Of a DNA stretch of 64,000 nucleotides, positions 24,657 through 35,568 are shown one piece after another. The notes beneath the pieces are model-generated. The model saw only the letters and a list, made by a program, of their open reading frames with translations. It made no database searches and had not been told where the DNA came from. Origin of the DNA: an uncultured delta proteobacterium (GTDB lineage Bacteria; Myxococcota_A; Polyangia; Polyangiales; B10-G4). The stretch is from positions 1-64,000 of the forward strand of contig CAVSGI010000027.1 of the NCBI GenBank assembly GCA_963727445.1. The letters run 5' to 3'. The position numbers and the translations under genes were made by a program. The number at the start of each line of letters is the position of its first letter. Positions within the stretch are counted from its first letter, which is position 1.

Positions 24657-25427
24657 ATGGCCCACGTGGTCGCCATCGCAAATCAAAAAGGGGGGGTCGG
24701 CAAGACGACGACCGCGGTGAACCTCGCGGCGAGTCTCGCCGTCGCGGAGCAACGCGTTCTGCTCATCGATCTCGACCCTCAGGGCAACGCCTCGAGCGGT
24801 GTGGGCCGCCCTCCCCGCGCCACGGAGATCGGCACCTACCAGGTGCTCCTCGACGACACGCCGATCCGCGACGCGCTGCAGACGACGGAGCTGTCGCGAT
24901 TGCATCTCGTGGGCTCGAGTCCCGATCTCGCTGCGAGCGAGATCGAGCTCATCGACGTGCCCGATCGAAGCTTTCGACTGCGCGACGCGGTGCGTCCGGT
25001 GCTCGGCAACTACGACTTCGTCGTCGTCGACTGCCCGCCTTCACTCGGACTGCTCACCATCAACGCGCTCTGCGCGGCGGAGATGGTGGTGGTGCCGCTG
25101 CAGTGCGAGTACTACGCCCTCGAAGGCCTCTCGCAGCTGGTCGACACCATCGAGCGCGTGCGCGGCTCACTCAATCACAACCTCGAGATACACGGCGTCC
25201 TGCTGACGATGTTCGACCGCCGCAACAACCTCGCCAACGAGGTCGCGGCCGAGGTGAAGCGCCATTTCCCCGTGTATCAGACGGTAATTCCGCGAAACGT
25301 GCGTTTGGCCGAAGCGCCCTCGCACGGCAAGCCCGTGATTCTGTATGATGCCTCTTCCCGCGGTAGCTACGGATACCTGAACCTCGCGCGAGAGATCCTG
25401 GACGCTCTGCCCGAGGCCGCGGCCTGA
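24657..25427 (+). CDS. parA: Chromosome partitioning ATPase ParA/Soj
   Basis: NQKGGVGKTT, DLDPQGNAS, DCPPSLG, QCEYYALEG and IPRNVRLAEAPSHG. Confidence 0.97.
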   Translation: MAHVVAIANQKGGVGKTTTAVNLAASLAVAEQRVLLIDLDPQGNASSGVGRPPRATEIGTYQVLLDDTPIRDALQTTELSRLHLVGSSPDLAASEIELIDVPDRSFRLRDAVRPVLGNYDFVVVDCPPSLGLLTINALCAAEMVVVPLQCEYYALEGLSQLVDTIERVRGSLNHNLEIHGVLLTMFDRRNNLANEVAAEVKRHFPVYQTVIPRNVRLAEAPSHGKPVILYDASSRGSYGYLNLAREILDALPEAAA

Positions 25428-25434
25428 AGAATTG

Positions 25435-26286
25435 ATGGCGCAGAAACGACCCCGACTCGGTCGCGGACTCGACGCGATGCTCCCCGCTGCTCCGTCACGC
25501 AGCGGGTCGAAAGACAACTTCAGCTGTCCGATCGAAGAGGTTCATCCGAACCGCGATCAGCCGCGCAAGGTATTCGACGAAGAGCGCCTCGACGAGCTCG
25601 CCGCCTCCATCCGCGAGATCGGCGTGCTCGAGCCGATCCTGGTCCGCACCCGCAAGAAGGGCGGCTACGAGATCATCGCTGGCGAGCGCCGCTGGCGTGC
25701 CGCGCAGCGCGCGGGGCTCCGAACGGTGCCCGTCTTCGTCCGCGACCTCTCGAGCCGTGAGGCCTTCGAGGCGGCGCTGGTCGAGAACCTCCAACGCGAA
25801 GACCTGAACCCGATCGAGACCGCGCGCGCCTTCGCGCGTCTGGTCGACGAGCACGGCCACACCCAGGAGTCCGTGGCGAGCCGCGTCGGCAAGAACCGCT
25901 CGACGGTGGCCAACGCCATGCGCCTGCTCAAGCTCCCGGAGGACGTGCTCGGCCTCGTCGAGGACGGCCAGCTCTCGGAGGGCCATGGCCGCGCCATCCT
26001 CCAAGCGCCGACCGTGGGCGAGATGCAGAAGCTCGCCCGCCAGGCGGTCGCGGGCAGCTGGTCGGTGCGCGAGACCGAGCGGCGCGCGCGCGCGGCGAAC
26101 GGCGCCGCCAAGAAGGCGAAGAAAGCGGACAACGAGCGCAGCGCGAACGTGCGCGACCTCGAGCAGCGCCTCAGCCACTCCCTCGGCAGCACGGTCCAGC
26201 TCCGGGACCGCCGCGGCAAGGGGCGCATCGAGATCAGCTACACCAGCTTCGACGAGCTGGATCGGCTGCTCGAAAAGCTGCTCTGA
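25435..26286 (+). CDS. parB: Chromosome partitioning protein ParB/Spo0J
   Basis: LGRGLDAM, PNRDQPRK, IIAGERRWRA, ENLQREDLNPIE, an HTH and LSEGHGRA. Confidence 0.97.
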   Translation: MAQKRPRLGRGLDAMLPAAPSRSGSKDNFSCPIEEVHPNRDQPRKVFDEERLDELAASIREIGVLEPILVRTRKKGGYEIIAGERRWRAAQRAGLRTVPVFVRDLSSREAFEAALVENLQREDLNPIETARAFARLVDEHGHTQESVASRVGKNRSTVANAMRLLKLPEDVLGLVEDGQLSEGHGRAILQAPTVGEMQKLARQAVAGSWSVRETERRARAANGAAKKAKKADNERSANVRDLEQRLSHSLGSTVQLRDRRGKGRIEISYTSFDELDRLLEKLL

Positions 26287-26295
26287 GCCCGCGCT

Positions 26296-27156
26296 TCAGC
26301 GTCCGGCGACGCGTCGCTCGGCAGCCCTGACTGTGTTGGACAGTAGCATGGCGATGGTCATGGGGCCGACGCCCCCGGGGACCGGCGTGATGTGCGACGC
26401 GCGCTCCTTGGCGACCTCGAACTCGACGTCCCCATGGAGCTTGCCGTCGTCGCCGCGGTTGATGCCGACGTCGATGACGACGGCGCCAGGCTCGATCCAC
26501 TCGCCCTTCACGATGTGCATGCGGCCGACGGCGGCGACCACCACGTCGGACTCGCGGACGACGGCTTCGAGATCGGCGGTGCGCGAGTGGGCGATGGTGA
26601 CCGTCGCGTTCTTCTCGAGAAGCATCATCGCGATGGGCTTGCCGACCAGGGCGCTCCGGCCGATGACGACCGCTCGCTTGCCCGACAGCTCGATTCCCAC
26701 CTCCTCGAGCATCCGCATGCAGCCGCTGGGGGTGCAGGGCCGAAGCCCCGCGCGGCCGGCGGAGAGCAGGCCCGCGTTGACAGGATGCAGCCCGTCGACG
26801 TCCTTTTCGGGCGCGATCAGGTCGAGCACCGGCTGAGGGTCGAGGTGCTTCGGAAGCGGGAGCTGAACCAGGATGCCGTCGATGTCGTCGCGGCCGTTGA
26901 GCTCGGCGACGAGCGCCTCGAGCTTCTGCTGCCCGGTGTCCGCCGGCAGCCGGTGCACTTCGCCGACGATCCCCACCTTGGCCGCCGCCTTCTCCTTGTT
27001 GCGGACGTAGACCTGACTGGCCGGGTCCTCACCCACCAGCACCACGTGCAACCCAGGGCTGCGGCCGTGCGCGCCGGCGAAGGCCGCCGCCTGGATCTTC
27101 ACCTCGGCCCGCACCTTCTTGGCGAGCGCCTTGCCGTCGATGAGCTGTGCCGTCAT
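26296..27156 (-). CDS. folD: Methylenetetrahydrofolate dehydrogenase/cyclohydrolase
   Basis: [32 protein letters not shown] and [11 protein letters not shown]. Confidence 0.98.
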   Translation of the reverse strand: MTAQLIDGKALAKKVRAEVKIQAAAFAGAHGRSPGLHVVLVGEDPASQVYVRNKEKAAAKVGIVGEVHRLPADTGQQKLEALVAELNGRDDIDGILVQLPLPKHLDPQPVLDLIAPEKDVDGLHPVNAGLLSAGRAGLRPCTPSGCMRMLEEVGIELSGKRAVVIGRSALVGKPIAMMLLEKNATVTIAHSRTADLEAVVRESDVVVAAVGRMHIVKGEWIEPGAVVIDVGINRGDDGKLHGDVEFEVAKERASHITPVPGGVGPMTIAMLLSNTVRAAERRVAGR

Positions 27157-27396
27157 GCGGTGGGGGTAGCCGAGTGGGGAGTGGGGGTCAACGGGGGTTG
27201 GGCCGCGTGGCTGAAGACGCGAGCGGGTGGGTTGGCGACGCGGGTTGGGCTGATGAGGGGGGGCCGGCGGAGGGCGGGGGACGCGCGGGCGGCGGGTGCG
27301 CGGGCGAATGAGGAACGCGGTGGACCGGCGGAAGCCGGAGGACCTGCGGGCGGCGGGGTGCGCCCGGCGCCGGTCGTTGGGGCGCGCGTTGGGTGA

Positions 27397-27546
27397 GCGG
27401 TCACTTCTCCGGGTGTCGCGGACGACGACCGGACTTGTGACCGCATCGCGGTCACTTCTCCAGGTGTCGGGGTCGACGATGAGAGTTGTGACCGCATCGC
27501 GGTCACTTCTCCGGGTGTCGTGAGCGACGACGGGACTTGTGACCGC
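27397..27546. repeat. Three tandem 51-bp palindromic units (REP/BIME-like)
   Basis: Unit GCGGTCACTTCTCCRGGTGTCG-N16-TTGTGACCGC(ATC) starts at 27397, 27448 and 27499. Confidence 0.9.
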
Positions 27547-27630
27547 CGACGCCCGCTCGCCCCGGGCGAGTCGCGTACTTCCCCGGGGAAAGCTCGCCGT
27601 CGAAGCACCCCGCGCGGGAAGTTGGCGCCC

Positions 27631-28173
27631 TCAGTCTCCGATCCACCGCGTCGTCATCACGCCGCGAGCCTGGAGAGCCTCGCGCAGCGCCACGAGCCCA
27701 CTCGTGCACTCAGGAATCCGAAGGACGCCCAGGACCGTGTGCACGACCAGCGTGTCCTCCATCCCCTTCAGTCGTTCCCAGACGGCATCCGCCACCCAGA
27801 CCGCGCGACGAACCTCCTGCAGCTCGAAGCGCCCGTCGAGCTCGCCAGCGGAGAGTCGAACCTCGTCCCCGAAGAGCTCGATGCTCCACGTCTCAGCGGG
27901 CGTCATCATCTGTCCGCTCGCGAAGTTCGAGATCCACCAGGCGAGGTACCCCCAGCCGATGCCGCCGAGGACGAAGAGATTCAGGAGCGCGAGGAGAAGC
28001 ACCACGAGGCCGTGCTGCGCGCCGAACCACACGCTGCCGAGGACGAGCGCCACCAAGATCGCGCCGATCACCATCCACGCGAGACCGCGCCCGAGGCGCT
28101 GACGCCACACGAGCCTCCGCAGATCGCCGTGATCGACCGGCCCCACCGACGCCGCCACCCGATACGCCATCAC
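27631..28173 (-). CDS. Hypothetical two-TM membrane protein
   Basis: Two hydrophobic segments. Start overlaps the upstream stop. Confidence 0.7.
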   Translation of the reverse strand: MMAYRVAASVGPVDHGDLRRLVWRQRLGRGLAWMVIGAILVALVLGSVWFGAQHGLVVLLLALLNLFVLGGIGWGYLAWWISNFASGQMMTPAETWSIELFGDEVRLSAGELDGRFELQEVRRAVWVADAVWERLKGMEDTLVVHTVLGVLRIPECTSGLVALREALQARGVMTTRWIGD

Positions 28174-28799
28174 TCCTGCCCCGAAGACAGCGCTTCGATC
28201 GCCCGCGCCAGATTCCTCCGCGACTTCGCCTCGAAGCGCGCGTACATCGCTTCGGTCCGAAAGATCCGCGGCCGCGCGAGGAAACGCGCGAGCACGCGTC
28301 GCCGCGCTGCCCGGTATTGCTCTGGGTCCACCCAGGCGAACTCCTCCGCGACGCCCGCCTCGAAGTGACCGTAGCCCTCCGCGTCGGCGCCGAGCACCGC
28401 GAGATCGATGTCCGAAAGGAGCGCGGCGTCACCGGCCTCCGCTTCGTGCGCGCGTGTGTTCAGCACAAGCGCCTCTACCCGCCTCGCCACCTCTCGTTTG
28501 GCGCCGTGCTCCGAGAGCGCCTCCGCCGCCCATCGAGCGCTCCGTGCTTCGTTGTCGAGGGCGCGCGGATCGTAGACCGCATCGTGAAACGCAAGCGCCA
28601 CCAAGAGCTCCGCGGGACGCTCCGCCAGGCCGGCCAGCGCCTCTCCGAGGCTCAGACAATCGTCGAGATGATCGCGATCGTGATAGCGGCGATGCGCTTC
28701 GGAATACGCTGCCACGAGCTCCGCCGCGAGCGGCTCGGCGTCACGGCATCCCACCGCCGTCAGCGCCTGCGCGATCCGCTCTCTCAGCCTCTCGCTCAT
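28170..28799 (-). CDS. HD-superfamily phosphohydrolase-like protein (COG4339-like)
   Basis: YSEAHRRYH..DHL, FHDAVYDP...DNEARSA and DIDLAVLG. Confidence 0.85.
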   Translation of the reverse strand: MSERLRERIAQALTAVGCRDAEPLAAELVAAYSEAHRRYHDRDHLDDCLSLGEALAGLAERPAELLVALAFHDAVYDPRALDNEARSARWAAEALSEHGAKREVARRVEALVLNTRAHEAEAGDAALLSDIDLAVLGADAEGYGHFEAGVAEEFAWVDPEQYRAARRRVLARFLARPRIFRTEAMYARFEAKSRRNLARAIEALSSGQE

Positions 28800-29410
28800 C
28801 GCTTGGCCTTCGGTTGCGATTCGATCAGCCCGGTCGCCATCCGCCGCGCGACGCCCGCCGCGCTCCCCGCCGGGATCACCGACGGCGCCGCCGCGGAGAC
28901 CGCGAAGAACCCCTCCACCGTCGCCACGAGCCCTGCGGCCATGGCCGAGGCGCCCCGCGTCGAGCGCCCCTCGTCGCGGCAGGTCGCCTTGATCAGCTGC
29001 TCGAGGCTCCGCTTCGTCTCCCTCATGAAGCCTTCGTAGACGCGCCGCACCTCGGGCTGGCGCACCGCCTCGGCACCGATCAACGACCAGAGCGCAGCGG
29101 CGCCCGGATCGGCGCCGTCCCCGGTGGCGAGGAGCGCATCGACGAACGCGAGGAGGCGCTCGCGTGGCTGGTGAGCCCCCGCCGTCCGGGCCCCTATCCG
29201 CGACTCGGCGGAGGCGACCACGCCCTGCACCAACGCCACCAGGATCTCCTGCTTGTCGCCGAAGTGGTAGTGCACCAGACCCGGCGAGAGCCCGGCGGCC
29301 TTCGCGATCCGCTGGATGGAAGCGCCATCGTAGCCCCGCTCGGCCATGACCAGGGCGAGCCCACGGACGATCTCTGCGCGGCGCTCCTCGGTGTTGCTGG
29401 GTCTGGGCAT
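28796..29410 (-). CDS. TetR-family transcriptional regulator (BetI-like)
   Basis: ERRAEIV...[32 protein letters not shown]. Confidence 0.95.
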   Translation of the reverse strand: MPRPSNTEERRAEIVRGLALVMAERGYDGASIQRIAKAAGLSPGLVHYHFGDKQEILVALVQGVVASAESRIGARTAGAHQPRERLLAFVDALLATGDGADPGAAALWSLIGAEAVRQPEVRRVYEGFMRETKRSLEQLIKATCRDEGRSTRGASAMAAGLVATVEGFFAVSAAAPSVIPAGSAAGVARRMATGLIESQPKAKR

Positions 29411-29419
29411 CTCGCTTCC

Positions 29420-29439
29420 TTGGTTGGTTGACCAACCAA
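29420..29439. promoter_or_regulatory. Probable TetR operator palindrome
   Basis: TTGGTTGGT-TG-ACCAACCAA, perfect 9-bp arms, 10 nt upstream of the tetR start. Confidence 0.8.
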
Positions 29440-29490
29440 TCATGGATCCGCATCACTCCCCCGTCAACCCCGTGCTAAGAAGCCGGTCCC

Positions 29491-32400
29491 ATGTTCGACC
29501 CCGTCGCACCCCAGGTCTCCTTCCCGGAGCTCGATCAGAAGTGGCTCGATTTCTGGGACGAGCACGCGATCTTCGACAAATCCATGGCCCAGCACGAGGG
29601 AAAGACGCCCTTCGTCTTCTACGAGGGCCCGCCCACCGCCAACGGGATGCCCCACCCCGGCCACGTCCTGACGCGCGTGATGAAGGACGTCTTCCTCCGC
29701 TACCGGGCCATGTGCGGCTACTACGTCCCGCGCCGCGCGCGGCTGGGACACCCACGGCCTGCCGGTCGAGGTCGAGGTCGAAAAGGAGCTCGGCATCCAC
29801 GGCCGCGGCGCCATCGAGGAGTACGGCGTCGAGGCGTTCACGCAAGAAGTGCATCGACTCGGTCTTCCGCTACATCGACGAGTGGCGGCACATGACCCGG
29901 CGCATCGCCTTCTGGGTCGACCTCGACGACGCCTACGTGACCTTCCACAAGGAGCTACGTCGAGAGCGTCTGGTGGGCGCTCAAGCGCTCTTCGACGAGG
30001 GGCTGCTCTACCAGGACTACAAGGTCGTCTGGTGGTGGCCGCAGGGCGGCACCGCGCTGTCCGCCGGCGAGGTCGGCCAGGGCTACAAGGAGGTCGACGA
30101 CCCCTCGGTGGTCGTCCGCTTCCCGCGTGAAGGGCGAGGAGAGCACGTCGTTCCTCGCGTGGACCACCACGCCCTGGACCCTGCCGATCAACATCGCGCT
30201 CGCCGTCGCAGCCGGACGAGCACCTACGCCACGGTGAAGCTCGAAGAGCGGCGAGAAGCGTCGTCCTCGCCGAGGCGCTGGTCGGCAAAGCTCCTCGGCG
30301 AAGCACGAGCACGAGGTCGTCGCCGACCCGCAAGGGCAAGGCGCTCGTCGGCGCCGAGTACGAGCCGCCCTTCCGCTACGCGCGCGCCCGAGGGCGGCGC
30401 CGCCTATCGGGTCATCTCGGCGGACTTCGTCAGCATCGACAGCGGCACGCGGCATGGTCCACATCGCGCCCGCCTTCGGCGAGGACGACTTCAAGGTCGC
30501 CAAGGACGCAGGGCCTCGGGTTCCTGCAGCTGGTGAAGCCCGACGGCACCTTCGCCGACGAGGTCACGGACTTCGCCGGCCGCTTCTGCAAGGAGGCGGA
30601 CCGCGACATCATCCGCAACCTGCGCGGTCGCGACGCTGCTCTTCCACGAAGAGGTCTACCGCCACGAGTACCCGTTCTGCTGGCGCGCGATGGAGCGACC
30701 CGCTCATCCAGTACGCGCGCAAGAGCTGGTTCATCCGGACGACCGCAGGAGATCGACCGGGTCATCGAGAACAACCAGGCGGTGCACTGGGAGCCCGAGC
30801 ACATCAAGGACGGGCGCTTCGGCGAGTTCCTGCGCACCAACGTGGACTGGGCGCTGTCGCCGCGAGCGCTTCTGGGGCACGCCGCTGCCGATCTGGATCA
30901 ACGACGAGACCGGCAAGATGGAGGCGATCGGCTCGGTCGCGGAGCATCCTGCGAGCAAGAACCCCGAAGCCTTCGACGCTTTCGAGGCGGCCCAGGCCGA
31001 GGACCCGAGCCTCTCGGACCACCTGATGGTCCACAAGCCGTGGATCGACGAGGTGACCTGGACCGAAGCGACGGCGAGCCCGGCGTCTACCGGCGCGTCC
31101 CCGAGGTCATCGACTGCTGGTTCGACTCGGGCTGCATGCCCTTCGCCCAGTGGGGCTACCCGCACCAGAACGCGCGAGCAGTTCGAGCGCAGTTCCCGGC
31201 CGACTTCATCACCGAGGCGCTCGATCAGACCCGCGGCTGGTTCTACTCGCTGATGACCATCAGCACGCTCCTGTTCAACCACGACCAGCCCTACCCGCAC
31301 CCGTTCAAGAACTGCGTCGGTGCTCGGGCTGATCACCGACGAGGACGGCAAGAAGCTCAGCAAGTCGAAGCAAGAACTACACCGACCCGATGGACATGCT
31401 CATGGACGAGCACGGCGCGGACGCGGTGCGCTGGTCGCTCTACACCGGCACCGTCCCCGGCCAGAGCACGCCGCTTCGGTTCGACGGGGGCGCGGTCGAC
31501 GCGCTCAAGGAGTTCCTCCTCAAGATCTGGAACGTCTACAGCTTCTTCGTCACCTACGCGAACATCGACGGCTGGACCCCGAGCCGCGCCGCGGACGCGC
31601 CGCCCGTGAAGCGACCGCCCCGACATGGACCGCTGGATCCTCGCCGAGCTCGACGCGACGGTGCGCGACGTCCGCAGCGCGCTCGACGGCTACCGCAGCC
31701 ACCTCGCCGCCCGCCGGCTCGACCGCCCGTCGATTCGCTCTCGCAACTGGTACGTGCGGCGCAGCCGCGCGCGCTTCTGGGCGGAGGGCGACGATCGCCG
31801 ACAAGGCAGGCGGCCTTCGCCACCCTCTACGAGGTGCTGGTGGCCTCGCGAAGCTGCTCGCGCCGTTCACGCCGTTCTTGGCCGAGACGCTCTACCAGAA
31901 CCTGGTGCGCCGACAGGACGCGAGCGCGCCCGAGTCGGTGCACCTCGACGGATTTCCCGGAGCCGGACGACGCGCGCGTGGACGAGGCGCTGCGCGAGCA
32001 GATGGAGATCGCGCGCGGGCGTGGTCGCCCTCGGCCAACGCGTGCGCACCGAGCACAAGCTCAAGGTCCGCCAGCCGCTGTCGCGAGGCGATCGTGGTGG
32101 TCGCAGGCGACGCGGAGCGCGCCGCCATCGAGCGCTTCACGCGACGCGATCCGCGAGGAGCTGAACGTCCAGACCCTCGAGCTTCACAGGAGCGCGGAGC
32201 AGTACGTGGAGTTCAGCCTGGTGCCGAACTTCCGCGCGCTCGGGCCCAAGCTCGGCAAGCGGATGAAGGCGTGCAAGAAGGCGCTGGCCCAGGCCGACGG
32301 CGCGGCCCTCAAGGCCGAGCTGGACGAGCGCGGCGAAGCCTCGCTCCCGATGCTCGACGGCGATCCGATCGAGCCTCGGTCCCGAAGAGATCGAGGTGCG

Positions 32401-32747
32401 CCTCACGGCCAAGGAGGACTTCGCCGCCGCTGCCGAACGCGGCCGGGTGGTGGTCCTCGACACCCAGTCTCGACGACGCGCTGCGCCGCGAGGGCATGGC
32501 CCGCGAGGTCGTCAACCGCATCCAGCGCGCCCGCAAGGCCGCAGACCTCGACTTCGCGGATCGGATCGCGCTGCGCTACCGCGCGGAGGGAGAGCTCGCC
32601 AAGGCGCTCGAGGAGCACGCCGACAAGATCGCCGGCGAGATCCTCGCCGCGTCGTTCTCGGAGGGTGAGCTCGAGGGGGCCGAGGCGCAGCAGACCGACG
32701 TCGAAGGCTCGCCGCTGACGTTCTGGCTCCGAGTTCAGCCCAAGTGA
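29491..32747 (+). CDS. ileS: Isoleucine--tRNA ligase, type 2; many apparent frameshifts
   Basis: [75 protein letters not shown] and [12 protein letters not shown], spread over all three + frames. Confidence 0.95.
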
Positions 32748-32812
32748 GCCCATGGCGCCCGTGGGACACCGGCGCTAGCAGTCCGTCAAACGGGCTTTTG
32801 GGGGGCTGACAC

Positions 32813-35568
32813 GTGCTCGAGAGGCTGCTGGGGCTGAGAGTGGAGGATCGAGGGGCGACGCTCATCGGCTTTTCGACCCTCGCCGCGATCATGGCGGGCC
32901 ACGCCATGCTCGAGACCGCGCGGGACACCCTCTTTCTGACCCGCTTGCCCGTCCAGAGCCTGCCCTTCTGCTATCTGGGCATCGCGGTCCTCGCCGTCGG
33001 CGCGGCCCAGCTCAATCAGCGTCTGCCCAAACGTTGGGACAAGCGAAAGATCCTCGCTGCGACGCTCGCAGCCGCTGGCGTTGTGACCGCGGGCCTGTAC
33101 TTCGTCGTCGAGGAGGGGAGCAAGGCAAGCCTCTACGTGCTGTACGTCTGGTCGGGCTTGGTCGCGACCATCACCGTCGTTCAGACGTGGCTGATGATGG
33201 GAGAGCACGTCACCGTCTCCCAGGCCAAGCGCGTCTTCTCGGTGGTGGCGGCGGGTGCGGTGGTGGGCGCGACGCTGGGCTCGCTGGCCGCGGAGCGCAT
33301 CGTGGTCTTCCTCGAGCCGGAGGCGATGGTCATCGACGCTGGCGTGCTGTTCTTGCTGGCCGCCTTCGTTCCCGCCATCGCGGTCGCCAAGCGCCCGCAC
33401 CTCCGCGCCACCCAGCCACCGCCGGACCCGCGCACCCGCGACCTCGCAGCAGACGTGGGGATGCTCCGCAGCCAACCCTATCTCAGGCGCCTTCTGCTCC
33501 TCGTGCTGCTCTCCACCGTCGTGCTCACCGGCTCGGACTACCTGTTCAAGACGGTGATCGCGTCCGAGATCTCGCCGGAGCGCCTGCCCCTCTTCTTCGC
33601 GCGCTTCTACCTGGGCTTGAACTTCGTCGCCCTGCTGATCCAGCTCTTCCTCTCGTCGCTCCTGCTTCGAGTGCTGGGGGTCAACCGCGCCCTCCTGCTC
33701 CTGCCCATCCTCCTTCTATTCGGCGTCGCGGGCGTCGGCGCGGGCTCGGCCCTCATGAGCGTGTTGTTTCTGAAAGGCGCCGACGGGAGCCTCAGGCACT
33801 CGGTCCATCGCACCGCGACCGAGGTCCTCTTCCTCCCGCTCCCCTCCCACGTCCGCGAGCGCTTCAAAGGTGTGATCGACGCCGTCGGCCAGCGCGGCGG
33901 GCAGGCGATGGCCTCGATCGCCATCCTGGGCGCCCTCTACGTCGGCGCCGGGCCGAGGCATCTGGCCATGGCCATCGGCCTCCTCACCACGCTCTGGTTC
34001 GCCGGGGTCCTCGACATCAAGCGCCACTACCTCGACCTCTTCCGCGGCAACCTCCGCGAGGGAACCATCGAGACGCGCGTCAATCTCTCGGAGCTCGACC
34101 TGCACTCGCTCGAAGCGCTCTTCGCCGCGCTCAACAGCGAGGTGGACGCCGAGGTGCTCTCCGCCCTCGACCTCTTCCACAAACACCAGCGCATCAAGCT
34201 GGTGCCGGTGCTCCTGCTCTTTCATCCCTCGAGCGCAGTGGTGCTCCGCACCCTCGAGCTCTTCGTGGATGGGGGCCGAACCGACTACGAGCCCTTCGCG
34301 CGGCGGCTCCTCACGAGCGACGATGGTGAGATTCGCGCGGCGGCGCTTCGGTCCCTCGTCGCCATCGGTGTCGAGGAGGAGCTCCTCCGCGCGCTCCTGT
34401 CGGACCCCGAGCCCCTGGTGCATGCCACGGCCCTGGTGGGGCTCTTGTCGCGCAGCGGCGCGCGCGACCCGAAGCTGACGGCCGACCTCGAGGGGCACCT
34501 CAGCGATCCGGACGCCGAGGTCCGCCGCGCGATGGCGAGCGCCATTCGATATCAGAAGGATCACTCCTTCGCGCGCGCGCTGATCGCCCTTTCGCGGTGC
34601 CCCGAGCGCGAGGTGAAGCTCGAGGTCGCCCGGGCGATGACGGCCATGCCCGACGCCAAGTACCTCGACACGCTCCTCGTGATGCTCGCCGACAGTCGAC
34701 TCAGACCGGAGGCACGCAAGGCCATCGTCGGGACCGGTCCCGTCGCTCTCTACTTCCTCGACGAAGCGCTTCGGGATCGCTCGCTGCCCCGCCGGGTCCG
34801 CCGCCACATCCCCCGCTCCATCAGCCGATTCGAACCGAAGGAGGCCTCGGAGGTCCTCCTGTCGCACCTCGCCGATGAGGAAGACGAAGCGGTGAGCTTC
34901 AAGAATCCTCCGCGGGCTCGGCCGCCTGCGCACGGAAAACCCGGAGCTCATCCTCGACAGGCACCTCCTCGAAGACATCTGTCGGCGATACCTCCAGCAG
35001 CTCATCCAATCGCTGGCGTTCCGCCTCGCGATGGAGGCCGCGCACGCGGAAGAGCCCGGGCGCAAGACGCGCGGGGGAGAGCTCTTGCGCAGCATCCTCC
35101 TCGAAAAGGAACGCAACCTCTTCGAAAGAGTGTTCCGGGTGCTCGGGCTCCTCGAGCCCGACGAGGACTTCGAGCTCATCTTCCGCGGGCTCACCCGGCG
35201 CGGCAAGAGCGCGCGCGCGCAGAGCCGCGAGCTCCTCGACTACGCCCTCAAAGGCGATCTGCGAAGCGCTCTGCTCGCCCTGACCGATGACGCGCCGGAC
35301 GCCGAACGCCTCGCTGCGGCGGCTGCCGCCACTGGCTTCGCTCCCACGCCGCCGAGCTACGAGCACCTGCTCCTGACCATGCTCGGCGACCCGAGCGAGG
35401 CGGTTCAGAGCGTCGCCGCGTACCACATCGCGGAGCTCGGTCTGACGGATCTCGATCGCCGACCTCGAGAAGGCCCGCGGCAAGAGCGAGACGTTCCTGG
35501 GAGAGGTCGTGGATCGCGCCCTCATCACGCTCGGCCAGAGCGCGTCGGAGGGCCCTCGTGCCGTCTGA
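32813..35568 (+). CDS. Npt/TLC (ATP/ADP translocase-like) MFS domain fused to HEAT repeats; frameshifts ~34900 and ~35460
   Basis: About 12 TMs with ETARDTLFL, QAKRVFS, DYLFK, LRHSVHRTATEVLFLPLP...RERFKGVID, then HEAT-like units (DPEPLVHATAL, DPDAEVRRAMA, DPSEAVQSVAA). Confidence 0.8.

Noticed and set aside
27157..27400. ZTP or THF riboswitch upstream of folD
   Set aside because: I could not find the conserved elements of either on the minus strand; the region is simply C-rich.
27397..27546. Mini CRISPR array
   Set aside because: The variable parts are only 16 nt, resemble each other (all contain CGACGA), and no cas genes are present.
29491..32747. ileS as a pseudogene or a case of programmed frameshifting (also glyQ, both kinases, mscS, the Npt-HEAT gene and the thioredoxin-like gene)
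   Set aside because: The breaks are small indels in patches, with intact motifs on both sides and no slippery sites that I could see, and they hit essential genes. Assembly or polishing error is the simpler explanation. Read re-mapping would settle it.
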